Source: Octopus vulgaris (Eukaryota). From it: a stretch of 64,000 nucleotides of DNA. Location: the NCBI GenBank assembly GCA_951406725.2, contig OX597824.1:2170001-2234000 (forward strand). Direction: 5' to 3'. The notes below the pieces were generated by a model, which saw only the letters and a program-made list of their open reading frames with translations, did not search any database and was not told where the DNA came from. Made by a program: the position numbers and the translations under genes. Shown piece after piece: positions 41,350 through 54,369 of the stretch (the first letter of the stretch is position 1; each line of letters starts with the position of its first letter).

Positions 41350-42460
41350 ATGAGGGTTTACAGGTGATCTAAACGGCTAGGTACGGTAGGTAAGTGGTTG
41401 TAACGGATTACTAGGGCTCCAAGGTTATACCCGAGACTGTAGTTTTGGAGCCATTACAAATTTCCGTCATAGCAGTTATATAATTGTTAAAGAGGCAAAG
41501 CAAACATCTCAAGTCATATTAATTATTATTATTGGGAAAAGAAGTTCAAAATCTTACAACTGTTTGGGGGATATCCCAGAGTATGGGATATTCCATCATC
41601 GGCGACAAATAGAGAGAAATGAGAAGGGTTTATATTGATGGAATAATGACATGGAGGACAGGAGTAAAAGTATAAGGAGATAAAGAAAGAAAAGAAAAAA
41701 GAAGCACAAATTTAACTGTTCAAATTTCCGATCGTGTAGAAGTCAGTCGGTAAGTCCTTAGATGCAATCCTGCGTGAATCCATAAAGGTTAAAGTTCTGA
41801 TAGTGTAAGTATTCAGAAATAGACGCGAACGTATCAACGTTCAGTAACAGAATGGTAGCGGAGGTGGCCATTAAGTGGTAAAAGGAAACGAAAGTAAATA
41901 AATAGAAAGAGAGGTAAGTAGAGTCAGGGACGAAGTTAAGGATTGGTGTTAAGGATAAAGTAAGGTATATAAAAATATAATGCCTAAGAATATAGTGTAC
42001 AAAATATCCAAGAAGATAAGAGAGAGGAGAAGAGGAGGTAAAGGAAGATTACATAAAGAAAAACAAAATAAACAAACTAGAGCAAAATGAGAGGAATTTA
42101 AAGAGACTAAAACAGGTGCCAGGAGTATTCTTCTAGTCTATAGGATTTGAGGAGGAAATCTCGTAGTAAATGCTTGTTTCCGTTCTGGCAAAGGTCAGTG
42201 GCTGTAGAGTTAATTCTTGCAATGGGGTTATGGGTGTGTAGGTAGTCGTGAATGGAGAAACTAGTTGAATGTTAAATTATTTAGGGGTAGGAGTTAGATT
42301 TAAATATTAGGGGATTTATTGGGTTAAGGTTTAAAAATAAATTAAAGAATTGATAGTTATCTTATAAAGTGTTAAGGTGAGGTTAATAGAAGAGATATAG
42401 AGAGGTATGTGTTAATGATAATGAAAATTTGTATGTGGGTGTTATTCGTGAGTTATAGAG
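41350..42460 (-). mobile_element. Probable decayed Penelope-like retroelement 3' end (ORF tail, pyrimidine-rich UTR, hammerhead relic)
   Basis: rc of ~42156-42215 encodes INSTATDLCQNGNKHLLRDF (resembles the PLE C-terminal LNxRxE...CRHxNKxLL motif); hammerhead relic at 41551-41606; TA-rich microsatellites on both sides. Confidence 0.5.
41551..41606 (-). ncRNA. Degenerate hammerhead-like motif with long stem II (family E)
   Basis: rc reads CCGATGA-t-ggaatatccca-tactc-tgggatatccc-c-CAAA-cagttg-TA-agat; G12 and U4 are altered. Confidence 0.5.
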
Positions 42461-42475
42461 TTATATATATATATA

Positions 42476-42614
42476 TCAATTATCCGCGCTAAAGCACGGG
42501 GGCGAAACCCCATGGTCGTAACCTCAACCGTGTCTTTTCTGGTGTGATTTTTGCTACACAGGTATCGGTTAAATTTTGAATAATCCGTAACAAGATAATT
42601 CATTTATCCATTTC

Positions 42615-42617
<3 letters not shown>
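42476..42617 (+). repeat. TA-flanked dispersed repeat (family H) with hammerhead 3' half GAAA-ccccatgg-TC
   Basis: Homologous to 35700-35795 (rc); (TA)n on both sides. Confidence 0.65.
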
Positions 42618-42660
<43 letters not shown>

Positions 42661-42661
<1 letters not shown>

Positions 42662-42760
42662 GTTAAACACTTTCTCACTTCCCGAGCGTTAAACTAATGA
42701 ATCTGTCTGTTGTCTACACCACCCGTCTTCGTATTTTGTTTTTTTTTTGTGAATTCTCCA
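42661..42760 (+). mobile_element. 5'-truncated relative of hammerhead mini-element family A/B, flanked by (TA)n
   Basis: cgttaaacactttc...ttcccgagcgtta...tacaccacccgtcttcg...gtgaattctcc aligns to the post-ribozyme half of family A. Confidence 0.75.
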
Positions 42761-42771
42761 TATATATATGA

Positions 42772-42806
<35 letters not shown>

Positions 42807-43554
42807 TGTATGTATGTATGTATGTATGTATGTATGTATGTATGTATGTATATATGTAATGTATATATGTACATATAATGTCAGTATATCTATCATGCAG
42901 GCAGTCGGAGTATTGTTAACACCTTTTTACGAGTATGTAACAGACAAATTCTAATGGCTTTGTCTTTAGAGAACGATAGGAAATTGTATGAAAGCATTTA
43001 ATCTTATTCCTCGACACTTAGAACCCAGTCGATTTGCTAATCCGTGTTCCTTTTTTATTTATTTTTTTCTCTTGTGAAATTTCTAAATAGGATTCCAGGT
43101 TCGATCCATTTCCATGTTTATAAAATTCTTTGAAATTAAAATTAAAACACTAACAACGTTTTCATTTTATGCATTCTAATTAACTTCTAAGAAACTGCAA
43201 GAAAGGATTCATTATCAAATCTCTAAAACAAGTTTTGTTTTACATGTAAAAGCGAAATCAATTAAAATATTTTGGGAAAGCAATCATTTAAATGTGTCCA
43301 TGGGATGAACAAAATCAACTTGGAGACAACTGATGCAATAACTCTAATACGTATCTGCCAATATTTGTTTGCTCTAACGACACCGAAATATCTTAAATTT
43401 TCAAACAAATATTCAATTTAGAAATGATGTTGTTTGAGAATTTTTCAGAATCAGATTTACAGTCAATTCAGTAAGGAAAACTTGGACTAAATGCCTGTAG
43501 CCTAGATATTTACCCCAGTTTCAAACAATCTTCGCAATACTAGTGGAATAAGGA

Positions 43555-43941
43555 GGAGGAAGCACTCCGTCGGTTACGACGACGAGAGTTCCGGCTGATC
43601 CGAATAAACGGAACAGCCTGCTCGTGAAATTAACGTGTAAGTGGCTGAGCACTCCACAGTCACGTGTACCCTTAACGTAGTTCTCGGGGATATTCAGCGT
43701 GACACAGAGAGTGACAAGGCCGGCCCTTTGAAATACAGGTACAACAGAAATAGGAAGTAAGAGTGAGAGAAAGTTGTGGTGAAAGAGTACAGCAGGGTTC
43801 ACCACCATCCTCTGCCGGAGACTCGTGGAGCTTTAGGTGTTTTCGCTCAATAAACACTCACAACACCCGGTCTGGGAATCGAAACCGCGATCCTATGACC
43901 GCGAGTCCACTGCCATAACCACTGGGCCATTGCGCCTCCAC
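43555..43941 (-). mobile_element. Young full-length tRNA-Arg-like SINE (family S3, OR-type) with 13-bp TSD
   Basis: rc head ggaggcgcaatggcccagtggttatggcagtggacTCGcggtcataggatcgcggtttcgattccc (A and B boxes, TCG at the anticodon position); (TCC)n tail; TSD agtggaataagga at 43542-43554 and 43942-43954. Confidence 0.93.
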
Positions 43942-45056
43942 AGTGGAATAAGGAAAAGCCAAGAGAAAGGAGCTGTTTTAAAGACAATATACCGTTTATT
44001 TTAGACATCGTGAAAATGGGGAGAACTATTGCATCAGATTTTGAATAATTTTGTAAGTAGGGAACGGAAAGTGCAAGAAGGAAGCAGGGCTGTGGAAACG
44101 GCGGTTCTGCGTGGATTTAAAACATGACCAATACACGAAGTTCTAAGCATTTTACTGGGTACGTAGAAGGAAATGATACGGGCCAGCGTGGCAAAACAGG
44201 AGTTCAATGGGCAAGTGTTGAAGAACTGCGGCTAATGACAGTCTTTCTAAATAGAAAATGAAGCTGATCGTGTAAACGCAACCGTTGGCATTAATCCATT
44301 ATGTTTGCATTCCAGCTCAATGGAATGACTTGAATGAAAACAAAACTGATAGACCAACTAAACTGGAAAACTTCTGCCATCATTAATGATTGTATTAAAG
44401 CCATTTATAAGATCCATTTTCAGCAGTTGAATGAGAAATTATCTGAAGCAACAGCATGAAATACGCTTCCTGTTTTCATTGAGTATCATTTTGTCTTCAT
44501 TATTTTGTTTAATTTTGCTGATGTGCAAGTAACATTGTGTGTGTGTATCTGTGTGTGAGTCTCTGTGAGAGAGAGAGAGAAAGAGAAGGACACAGAGTGT
44601 GTGTATGTGTGTGTGTGTCAGTGTGTGGTATGTATATTTGTAATGGAGTTATTTTGATCTAAAATATTAAGAAAAACCCTCATGCCACGCATTTATATAA
44701 CGCTGGTGTTAGATCTATATATTAACTGTGGAAAATGTATTTGTTGACGTAAAAAGGTTGCTAGACACAGTTACATTAAAGAAAAAACTTGAAAAACGTT
44801 TCATATAATATATCTGAAACGAAATATTTTGTTCTCTCAGTGCCTTCTCGATCACTTGAAGCATCTACAAATAAGCGGAGGGCAATGTAAGGCGGTGCTT
44901 CGTGGCTCTACTAACATAATATCAAATAAAGATTTCAAAATTCTTGTTATCGTTTAAAGTTTAGGATTTGTAAATGATCTTGGCCACATGTGGATTTCGG
45001 AATGATGTTACTTCAAGAACAAGAATTGAGTTTACGACTACTAACACATTTAGAGC

Positions 45057-45098
45057 TTTAGTAGGCTTAGTAGGCTTAGTAGGCTTAGTAGGCTCTAG
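45057..45098 (+). repeat. 9-bp minisatellite (ttagtaggc)x4
   Basis: Direct reading. Confidence 0.9.
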
Positions 45099-46069
45099 TT
45101 AAATGTATCGAATACGGAACCAGTGCTTATAAAGGTCAACAACAAATGGAAAATCTGATGCGATTAGAATTTGAAATAAGGTCGTAAAAGCGTATCAATA
45201 TGCAGCAACACATGTTGGCTGGTATCATTTATCCTCTCTTAAAAGTGGATGTTCTGATAGAAACTATACTGCGGTAGTTATCATGGAGGAAACTATCATA
45301 TTGACTTTTGGTGCAAAACGCTCTTTTGTTACTATCGCTAGTGGAGAGGTAAATTTCTGCCATCTCCAGCGCTGAGACTATCAGGTCACGTGATTTCGAC
45401 CTTCCTTGGATTTGTCAGGGATAGACGCTCGACCACTTGACATACAACAGTGATTTATCTCGTCGCCAGCGATTTAGAGAATAACAATGCCAGTGCAGTA
45501 CAGTTTGTTCTATCAGACCATCCGCATTTTACTGAGCATTAATATGGCCTCACGATATTAACACTGTCTTTGTCGCTGACATATACATTGTGGCTGGCAT
45601 TCGTCGATCACTTATAGAAATTATTGGACCCATTTAATCTTAATATTGATTTCTCACAGCGGACCGCGCTACATGTTTGGAAAGTGGAACCATTCTCGAA
45701 TGTATTCATCCAGTACTTATGCGATATTTGTTTTCCCGAAACCCTTGAATGCAAGGCCGACCGCGGTGAGGTTTGATCTCTAGTCGTAGAAGGGCCTGAG
45801 TAGATATTGCATTTTATTTTGTCCAGCACGCTACCTGCTTTACTAGCCACCAAGTCAGCTAAAGTTAATATGAAATAAAAATAATATCGAAACGCCGTAT
45901 TTTTTATGAATATTTAATATCCTGCTTCAGATTCTTTCACGAAATTTCATTTAGTTGCTTTGCTGATAAATTATTCATGCATACACGACGGGATTTAGTT
46001 AAAGGACAATAAATTCCTTCTTGTAAAATTAAGCCTGTGTTTAATCAAAGAAATATGTGAGTGTGTGTA

Positions 46070-46126
<57 letters not shown>

Positions 46127-46304
46127 GTGCGTGTGTGTACGCACCAGCGTAACTATGTCACCATTTGTATTGCAATATGACTGAGATGGCAATGAAAATT
46201 CCTCGGTTAACGATTCCATAACTGAAAATTGAATATTAACTGTCAATCATTTTACTCGAAGCCTTTGCTTCTTTTGCTTCATAAAAGTCTAATCAGAGAC
46301 GGCA

Positions 46305-46620
46305 GCAGACTGGTGCACATGTTTTATATTGTACTAAATTATAATTAATTCTTGATAAAGTTTTGGACAACTCCAAATAAAAATTGATATTTCTTTAAAT
46401 TTCGAGCACGGTTTATGCAACGCAGCTCTAACAGAGTTCTAAGCGAAATAAATTGGCATTCTTCATTCTTTTTGAACATGGATTCACTACTAGTCCCCTG
46501 ATTTTCATGTAGATCTCCCTCATTCACTTAAGGATTAACATCCAACAATCGACAATGTCTCTTTGCAGTAACGCTCTTCCATGGTTCCTTCATCTTTTTC
46601 CCACTTGTCAAAAGACGTTT
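46305..46620 (-). mobile_element. Possible highly decayed DNA-transposon 3' end (Chapaev3/CMC-like)
   Basis: rc gives KDEGTMEERY and, after a frameshift, DCWML, reminiscent of the ...TMEKRYQG...DYCW terminus; weak evidence. Confidence 0.25.
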
Positions 46621-47349
46621 GAAGTTTATTGTCGATTCATTCTGCGTGATGTTTACCACAGCATGAAGAGCTAATTATCTTTATTTTTTGTGACTTATTT
46701 GTTAGACTGACGGGTTTAAATATTTACCACAATTAATTTTTCATAAATCTCCTAATACTTATCGTCTTGTCCTAATCATGTCTTTTCATAATCATTCATT
46801 CGTTGTATTTTTTTAGACCCACCGGCATTTTGAAGCGAACAACTCTTTTGCTGAAAGTATACACAGACCATTATGGCCGTCATCCAGCAACGTACAAGGC
46901 GATAATGGTAACTACATATGTGCTTTACCTGTTTTAATGTGCAAGTTATTTTATTTGATTCTAATACCAAACTGATGTTTTTTTGTCCAAATTAATCTTT
47001 CTTGTAATTAAATCCAGTAGCTATTTTTCGTCTTTCCTTTCTCTCTTCCCCACATTCTGTCTTTCGTCTATCGTCTCCCGTTGTCGTTCTCCCAATCTTG
47101 TTCAATAGTATTGTCTTTCTTCACTTTGTCCTCTCTCATAACATTCATTATAAATCTACCAACATTGTCAGAGATGAGTGATCCTACTTTTAAGATATTC
47201 CGAAAACGTTATCAGCTTTATTCAAAAGCTGATGAGTTATGACTGGCAACCATGTTTCTGCTGCTCGTTGTTCTGAGCATTTTCCCAGTTCCCTCTGCTT
47301 AATTTAGACATAGGAATACAAATACACATACTTGCACAATGTACATACA

Positions 47350-47411
<62 letters not shown>

Positions 47412-47457
47412 CATACTTACCTACATACATACATATATATATATATATATACATATA

Positions 47458-47660
47458 GAGATAAGTTCAGCAAAACTTAGATTCAGATGAATACGGTACT
47501 TAAGTTAAAGGCACCAGAATTTTGTATGGTATTATCCATATAAATCAAATGGGGTGATTATAATCAAAATAAGCAACAAGGTTATCCAAAGGTAGTGCAG
47601 TACAATCGTTTCATGCTACTTCATTTAATTAAACAATGCAAGTATTACATCAGTTTTAAA
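47458..47660 (-). mobile_element. TA-abutting element with hammerhead relic (family F)
   Basis: rc of 47596-47655 reads CTGATGT-aatacttgcatt-gtttaatta-aatgaagtagcat-GAAA-cgattg-TA-ctgca; its 3' end abuts the TA-rich microsatellite ending near 47457. Confidence 0.5.
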
Positions 47661-47687
47661 ATATCGAGCAATCTTCAGCCACATATA

Positions 47688-48102
47688 GGCGCGGGAGTGG
47701 CTGAGTGGTAAGTAGCTTGCTAACCAACCACATTATTCCGGGTTCAGTCCCACTGCGTGGCATCTTGGGCAAGTGTCTTCTGCTATAGCCCCGGGCCGAC
47801 CAATGCCTTGTGAGTGGATTTGATAGACAGAAACTGAAAGAAGCCTGTCGTATATATGTATATATATATATATATAAGTGTGTGTGTATATGTTTGTGTG
47901 TCTGTGTTTGTCCTCCTAGCATTGCTTGACAACAATGCCGGTGTGTTTACATTACCGTCACTTAGCGGTTCGGCAAAAGGGACCAATAGAATAAGTACTG
48001 GGCTTACAAAGAATAAGTCCCGGGGTCGATTTGTTCGACTAAAGGCGGTGCTCCAGCATGGCCGCAGTCAAATGACTGAAACAAGTAAAAGAGAAAAGAG
48101 AG
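47688..48102 (+). mobile_element. SINE family S2, full length
   Basis: ggcgcgggagtggctgagtggtaag...ggttcagtccc...tcttgggcaagtgtc, internal (TA)n(TG)n, 3' module ending gaaacaagtaaaagagaaaagag. Confidence 0.92.
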
Positions 48103-49012
48103 ATATGTGTTGAAGACATACAACATGCGAATGTGGGTGCATTTATTAACAAAAACTTTGATATCTCGGAAACCAATTACACAATTCCTACCACTTTCAA
48201 GTAAGAATACACACTCGATGGATGAGACGAGGTTATATTAAAATACCTTGCATTCATAATTTTCAGCGACGTCACATATCTCTTTCCAATTCATTCTGAC
48301 GCCGCAGCAGATAGCATTAAGAACCAACCCATTGAGCATGTTTTAAAGAGGGAAATGTTAATTACATCAGCACCATTGCAATCTGAAACCAAATTCACAG
48401 TTCATATTTAGTGCAAAAATCCGCAACTAAGCAAAGACAGCTTATCTCCCTTTCAGATTTCAAAATCTCACCCATCCTTTCATACCATGCACCATCCCTC
48501 AGTCTCAAAGTTTTTCAAAGCAACTAATATGGATATAAAGATATTATCTACTTCAAATATTTCCCAAACATACCCAGTTCTCGATGATTTTGTTATTTTC
48601 TGGGAATTTATTGATAATTAAATATATGTGATGTTGGACTGGAAGCACTTACTAAATACACACACACGCGGGCGCGCGCGCCGCACACACACACAGATAA
48701 ACACATGCACACGCACACGCAAACACACACAAACAAATGCATTCGTCTATTTGTGTGTAGATCGTGGTGATATAGCGTGCAGGTGTTAGACATTATATTT
48801 AATATATAACGACAAATCGAATCGGTTTCGTGTGAAATTAAAATATAGAAATGTTTCAACGCAATTATCTTGCAATGTGAAAACACCTGTGATTAGAAGA
48901 AAGGCCAACCGAAACAGGATTGTCATATTCTAATGGAACCAGAATATCAAATTCTATGCGAACCGAAAACTATACATGTATCAAATATATACATACATAG
49001 AAAATTGCGTAT

Positions 49013-49013
49013 G

Positions 49014-49075
<62 letters not shown>

Positions 49076-49078
49076 AAA

Positions 49079-49116
<38 letters not shown>

Positions 49117-49159
49117 CTATATCTATCTATCTATCTATCAATCAATCAAATAATATAAG

Positions 49160-49195
<36 letters not shown>
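49013..49195. repeat. (TATC)n and (TA)n microsatellites
   Basis: Direct reading. Confidence 0.95.
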
Positions 49196-49200
<5 letters not shown>

Positions 49201-50025
49201 GTTGGCAAATAAGTTCCCACCGTCTTTTTAAATTTTGGAATTTATTGCGTTTTTAAATTTTGGAAACTATTTTTTTCAAGAATTCTATTGTTGTATCATT
49301 TTGAAAACTTCTTTTTTCTAGCTAATTTTAGTTAATTATTGTTTATTTTCTGATCATTAAAATGGAATGTCATGTTAAGAAAAACGAGCATTTTCGACAC
49401 CTCCTTCTCTTTACATTTAATCAGGTTTCTAAGGCCGCAAAAGGTGCTCACGACATGTGTGCTGTGTATAGAGAGGGTGCCATAGCTAAAAGAGCCGCTT
49501 GCGATTGGTATACCAAGTTCAAAATTGGAAATTTTGACCTCAAAGACGCACCTCGTTCTGACCGTCCAGTTGAGTTGGATGAAGAGCGATTAAACCAACT
49601 TTTGCACAAAATTTCTTGCCAAGCGACATGGAAACTGGCAGATAAAATGGAACGGTTAGACACTGTTATAGAGAAGCATCTCCACTCGATGGGAAAAGTT
49701 CAGAAGTATGGAGCATGAGTTCCGCATGCTTTAAGTGACAACAACAACAATAATCAATGATCCACAACCTCCGCTGGTTTGCTTATTTGTCACCACTCAA
49801 CTCATGAACACAGCCAGCAGTTTTTTTACAGAATCGTTACTGGTGACGAGAGATGGTGCCTGTACATCAATATGAAGCAGCATAAGGAAAAACTTAGCTC
49901 TGGTAAACAGGCGACACCGCGCGTGAAACAAGATCTTCATCCGCGTAAAACGATGTTGTGCGTATGGTGGAACAGGGAAGGGATTATCCATTAAGAATTG
50001 CTTCAACGGAACCAAACGGTGAACG
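49196..50025 (+). pseudogene. 3'-truncated mariner transposon with disrupted transposase (ORF pieces 49362-49718 and 49779-49994)
   Basis: TA plus TIR-like ttgggttggcaaataag; MECHVKKNEHFRHLLLF...FDLKDAPRSDRP (HTH), GA*VPHAL (WVPHEL), RIVTGDERW (first catalytic Asp), KTMLCVWWNREGIIH*ELL. Confidence 0.92.
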
Positions 50026-50496
50026 CTTCGTCAGTTATCGGTCGCCTATCTACTCGACCTTTAGAGCACTGAACGTGACTATGAGACCTCGAAAGCAGTT
50101 GCTCCCACAAATGCCAAAATTAAATTTGGGATTCATGGAGGGTCGTTAGACCAGAACAAGCGTAAAATAGCGAACGCTGGAGGAATATTTTGTTTGGCAA
50201 GAGAAAAAATAGAAGAGGGGGATAGAAAGGATAGTCCAGCCTTTATTAAGCCCTGAAAGAAAGAAAGATGATCACGTGAGAAAAAGAAAGATGGCCCATG
50301 GTCACGTATGAGTAATGAGAGAGAGTAAAGGAGAAAGAGGGAGAGAGAGACAGAGAGAAAACGGTGAAGGAGAGAAATATACGTGTGTGTCTGTGTGTGT
50401 ACTTTTATTTGGCTGCAAAATCTTCACAAAACTGTTGCTTAGAATTTCACGTTCCTGTTCGTTAGATGAATATATATATATATATATTCCTGATGA

Positions 50497-50540
<44 letters not shown>

Positions 50541-50545
<5 letters not shown>

Positions 50546-50760
50546 TAATTCAAACAAGAAAACGCAAAAAAACACAAAAAAAACACAACAACGCGAGGAC
50601 GTGGAACAAATAAAGTATTATTGGACGCTCAGGAAAGAAGGGAAGAAGGAGGGTTAAATGTTTCGAGCGGAGCTCTTCGTCGGAAACATAGGAGAAGGAA
50701 AGATCCCGAGAAGAGAAGACAGAGGAAAAAAATCGCCAGCGGTACTCACGAGGTCACATA
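50541..50760 (-). mobile_element. Hammerhead mini-element family B, 3' end abutting (TA)n
   Basis: rc of 50653-50687 reads gttt-CCGACGA-a-gagc-tcc-gctc-GAAA-ca-TT-taac; downstream ttcctgagcgt is shared with family A. Confidence 0.7.
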
Positions 50761-52747
50761 TTGAAAAAAAAAATATATATAAAGTCACACATATATAAAT
50801 ACATACATACATACATACATACATACATACATACATACATACATACATACATACATACATACCTGTATGTTCTAAGTGATGGAACCGAGCGTCTGAAAAA
50901 ACGTGTTAATGCTTGTAGTTTTAATATCTTCTAAACAGTTTTAATTTAACTTTAATCGTAGCATGGTTTTATAATAATAGTTAATTAGAAGGATACTTTT
51001 ATTAGTTCCTATTTAAGAAACTTTAATATCTCCATTAGTTACTGGTAATTTAACGTTAACGGTTGTAAGTGTAATATATATTAATGAGTTTGTAGTGTTT
51101 TGTTATTAACTTTTGAATTATGAAATAATGCAGTTCCTTCATAATTATTATATTATTCATTAAATTAAATTCAATCGTGTTTGTTTTGTTTTGGAGAGAA
51201 TTATATAAAGCTTTCACTTTTTTTATTGTATTAGTAAATATGGAAACTGGTGGGATTATTATTAAAGATCGGTCGCGATTTAGCTTATAATTTAGTTATT
51301 GCATGTTTACTAATAATGCCGATACGATGTACATTGGTTTATGTGTTTTGATGTAGTTTAATTTTCTAGTTAGTATTTAATCCTGCCTATAATTTGATTT
51401 GATTGAATGAATGTGGTTATTAAGCTTTCACTTTTATATTATACTATGGAAGACGGTACGGAATATAATTTTTGTATGACTTAATGAATTGATCGCTGTT
51501 TAGTTACATATTTAGGAGTTGGTTATAGACTTACTTATTGAAGTTATTTACTGATACTGTTGTATATAGGTAAATGTGCTTGAAAATTGTGATTTCTTTG
51601 GAATGTTTTTTCCTAAACAAAACTTATTTTAGTGCCGTTGACACGGCCGGATTGAATGTACCTGCCCAGATGTCACAACCATAATGTGATCCGTGGAAGC
51701 TAATAGCGGTGCGTTGAGTTGTTGGTATGGCTGTTGTTTTTTTTTTTTTTTGTATATGTGGAATATTATTATAACACATCCTATTGATATATATGTATAT
51801 AAACATGTACGTATGCATAGAGCTATTTGTTGAAATTTGTTTTATTCTTTAACAATATTCCTGATTCTGGTGTTGTTCAAACATGCCGAAGCATGGTTTT
51901 CAAGCGTTTCGTCGAACGCAACATCGGGAAGGCTTATTTTTCTCACACTATTTTCTTTGGTTTAACCGCCAAGTTGAGGGACTTAGAGAATTAACACATA
52001 AACATTACCCCCGGACTCTTGAAATGCAAGTATAATTCATTCAACTGGCTTCTATACAATTTTTCCATTTACATCATTTAACCCCTACTGTATGCGACGA
52101 CTTCAAAGGGACGAGAAATTAGTCTTTCATGAAATGGCAGCGCAATGGTTTCGAACGTAGACATTGTGATCGCAATGTGAACTGCAAAAGGTTTCAGCTC
52201 TTCTCAGCCTTTATAGTTTGATATGGAAAAAGAGAATTACAGCCTTAGAAGCATTTCCATTTTTTTTTTTTTTTTTGTGAATTACACTTGCAGTGTTAGT
52301 TTAAGAAGGGATCACGACAAGATTCAAATAAGCAAAACAAATTGCCCGCAGTTTCAATTTTAGAGGAAAACAATTGAAATAGAATCTGTGTGAAAGGCTG
52401 CGCAACAAAGTCAAAGTGTTTGGTTCTTTGCGAGAAAGGCTAAAAGTAACATCAGAAACAGATTTAGATTTCAATTTAAAATGTCAGCACCAGAGTCATT
52501 TGTCAAGTTTTCAAACAGACAAACTTTCACAATCACGAACAAAAGTATGATAATAACTATATTTTTCGGCGAAAACGAAGAGAAGTTGCTACTGCATGAA
52601 ACTGTTAATAAAAGATACGATTCTGAAATGTCGATAAAGTGTAATCATCGCAAAAGACGTTAGAAGGATGGTGAACAAAAGATACTTTACATATTATCTG
52701 AGAACAGCAATCTTCTTACTCAACTTCCCCGCAGCACAATGCCAGTC

Positions 52748-52826
<79 letters not shown>

Positions 52827-52966
52827 GTCTGTCTATCTCTATCTACTTATGTACCTATCTATTTATCTATCTACTTATCTATTTATTTATCTATCTATCA
52901 ACCTATATATCTATCCATACATCCATGCATACATACACACACACATATATATATATATATACATAT

Positions 52967-52997
<31 letters not shown>

Positions 52998-53330
52998 CAT
53001 GCGCATATGCATTAATATGTATAATGTATACGTACACACACACATATATATATGTAAATGGAAACATATAGATGCATATATGTATGTGGGTATAAATATA
53101 GACATAGACGTTTGTGTGAATTTGTGTTGATATATCAGTGTATGTGCGTCTGTGTGTGTGTGCATGTGTGCACGAATGTGTGTACATGTATATGTACATT
53201 TATATGTACATCATATATATACATATACATCATATGTATATAATAATACGCATACACACACACATATATATATATATATATATTTTTTTATATATATATA
53301 TGTATATATATATATGTGTGTATATATATG

Positions 53331-53392
<62 letters not shown>

Positions 53393-53410
53393 CATATATG
53401 CTACATATAT
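52748..53410. repeat. Compound (TATC)n/(TA)n/(CA)n/(TG)n low-complexity tract
   Basis: Direct reading. Confidence 0.9.
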
Positions 53411-54369
53411 ACCACAGCACATATTTATTTGTTACATGGACGATTTATATGGTGTGTATTTCTCGATTATTTAATAGTGCGAAGTTAACTGGAAGTTTGA
53501 AGCGTGAGCATTTACAAATATCGCAAGCAATGAATGCCAATTTACATAAATGCAAACACAGAAGGACAATGGTTGTGTGAACGCTTGGTGAGTACGCCAT
53601 GTTTCCTTTGTCCAATATTACAGCGTGAATTCATAATTTATAAATAACATTCATGTACGAATTCGGAACAGTGTATGACTTGGTTAGAATAATTATCAGA
53701 TATAAATATTTTATGTATAGAAACATTGTGTATGCGAAACTGTCATTATACAATGAACTGTATTTTGCCTGACAAATAGTTAATGTGGAAACACTAACTC
53801 AATTGAGCTCAATTATATTAAAAGTTTTGACTAACAAGCAAAGGTTTTCAACTAAATCTATTGTTATAATAATTATTATAACTAGTTGATAATTTGTAAT
53901 AGTAGAAGGGTTATTTTCGCTTTGACAGACATTTAACTGTCCATGTTAACAATAAGAGTCTAGATCACGTTTCAGGTAATGAGGAATCGAATAACCTTGT
54001 TACTTGTCTTACCTTTGTGCCATGAATTTCAAATATATGCAATAAGGTGTTCGCTCGACCTACTAGAAAAGGTAGAAACTCTCTCGGAATTCGCAGCTTA
54101 CCGTCTTATATATGGTGAAATATATTCATGTAGTCACAGATATTCAAATGGACATGATGGTCAAAAGCGAAATGTCTTTGGACATGTGCCCACTTGAGAA
54201 CAACTCTGTCCACACATGCACACACATACATATAAACGTCTATATCTATACTTTTCTTTTCTTCTCTCTCAATCAGCCTCATTTCACCACTATATATATG
54301 GTGATCACTACTTTAGGAGCGATTATTGTAAATTTAGTGAATTGTTCCTATATATTTAATAACTGATCT

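Noticed and set aside
43870-43941. tRNA-Arg(TCG) gene
   Set aside because: It is the head of a TSD-flanked SINE; the acceptor stem and 3' end are not tRNA-like.
45057-45098. Interstitial telomeric repeat
   Set aside because: The unit is the 9-mer ttagtaggc, not TTAGGG, and there are only four copies.
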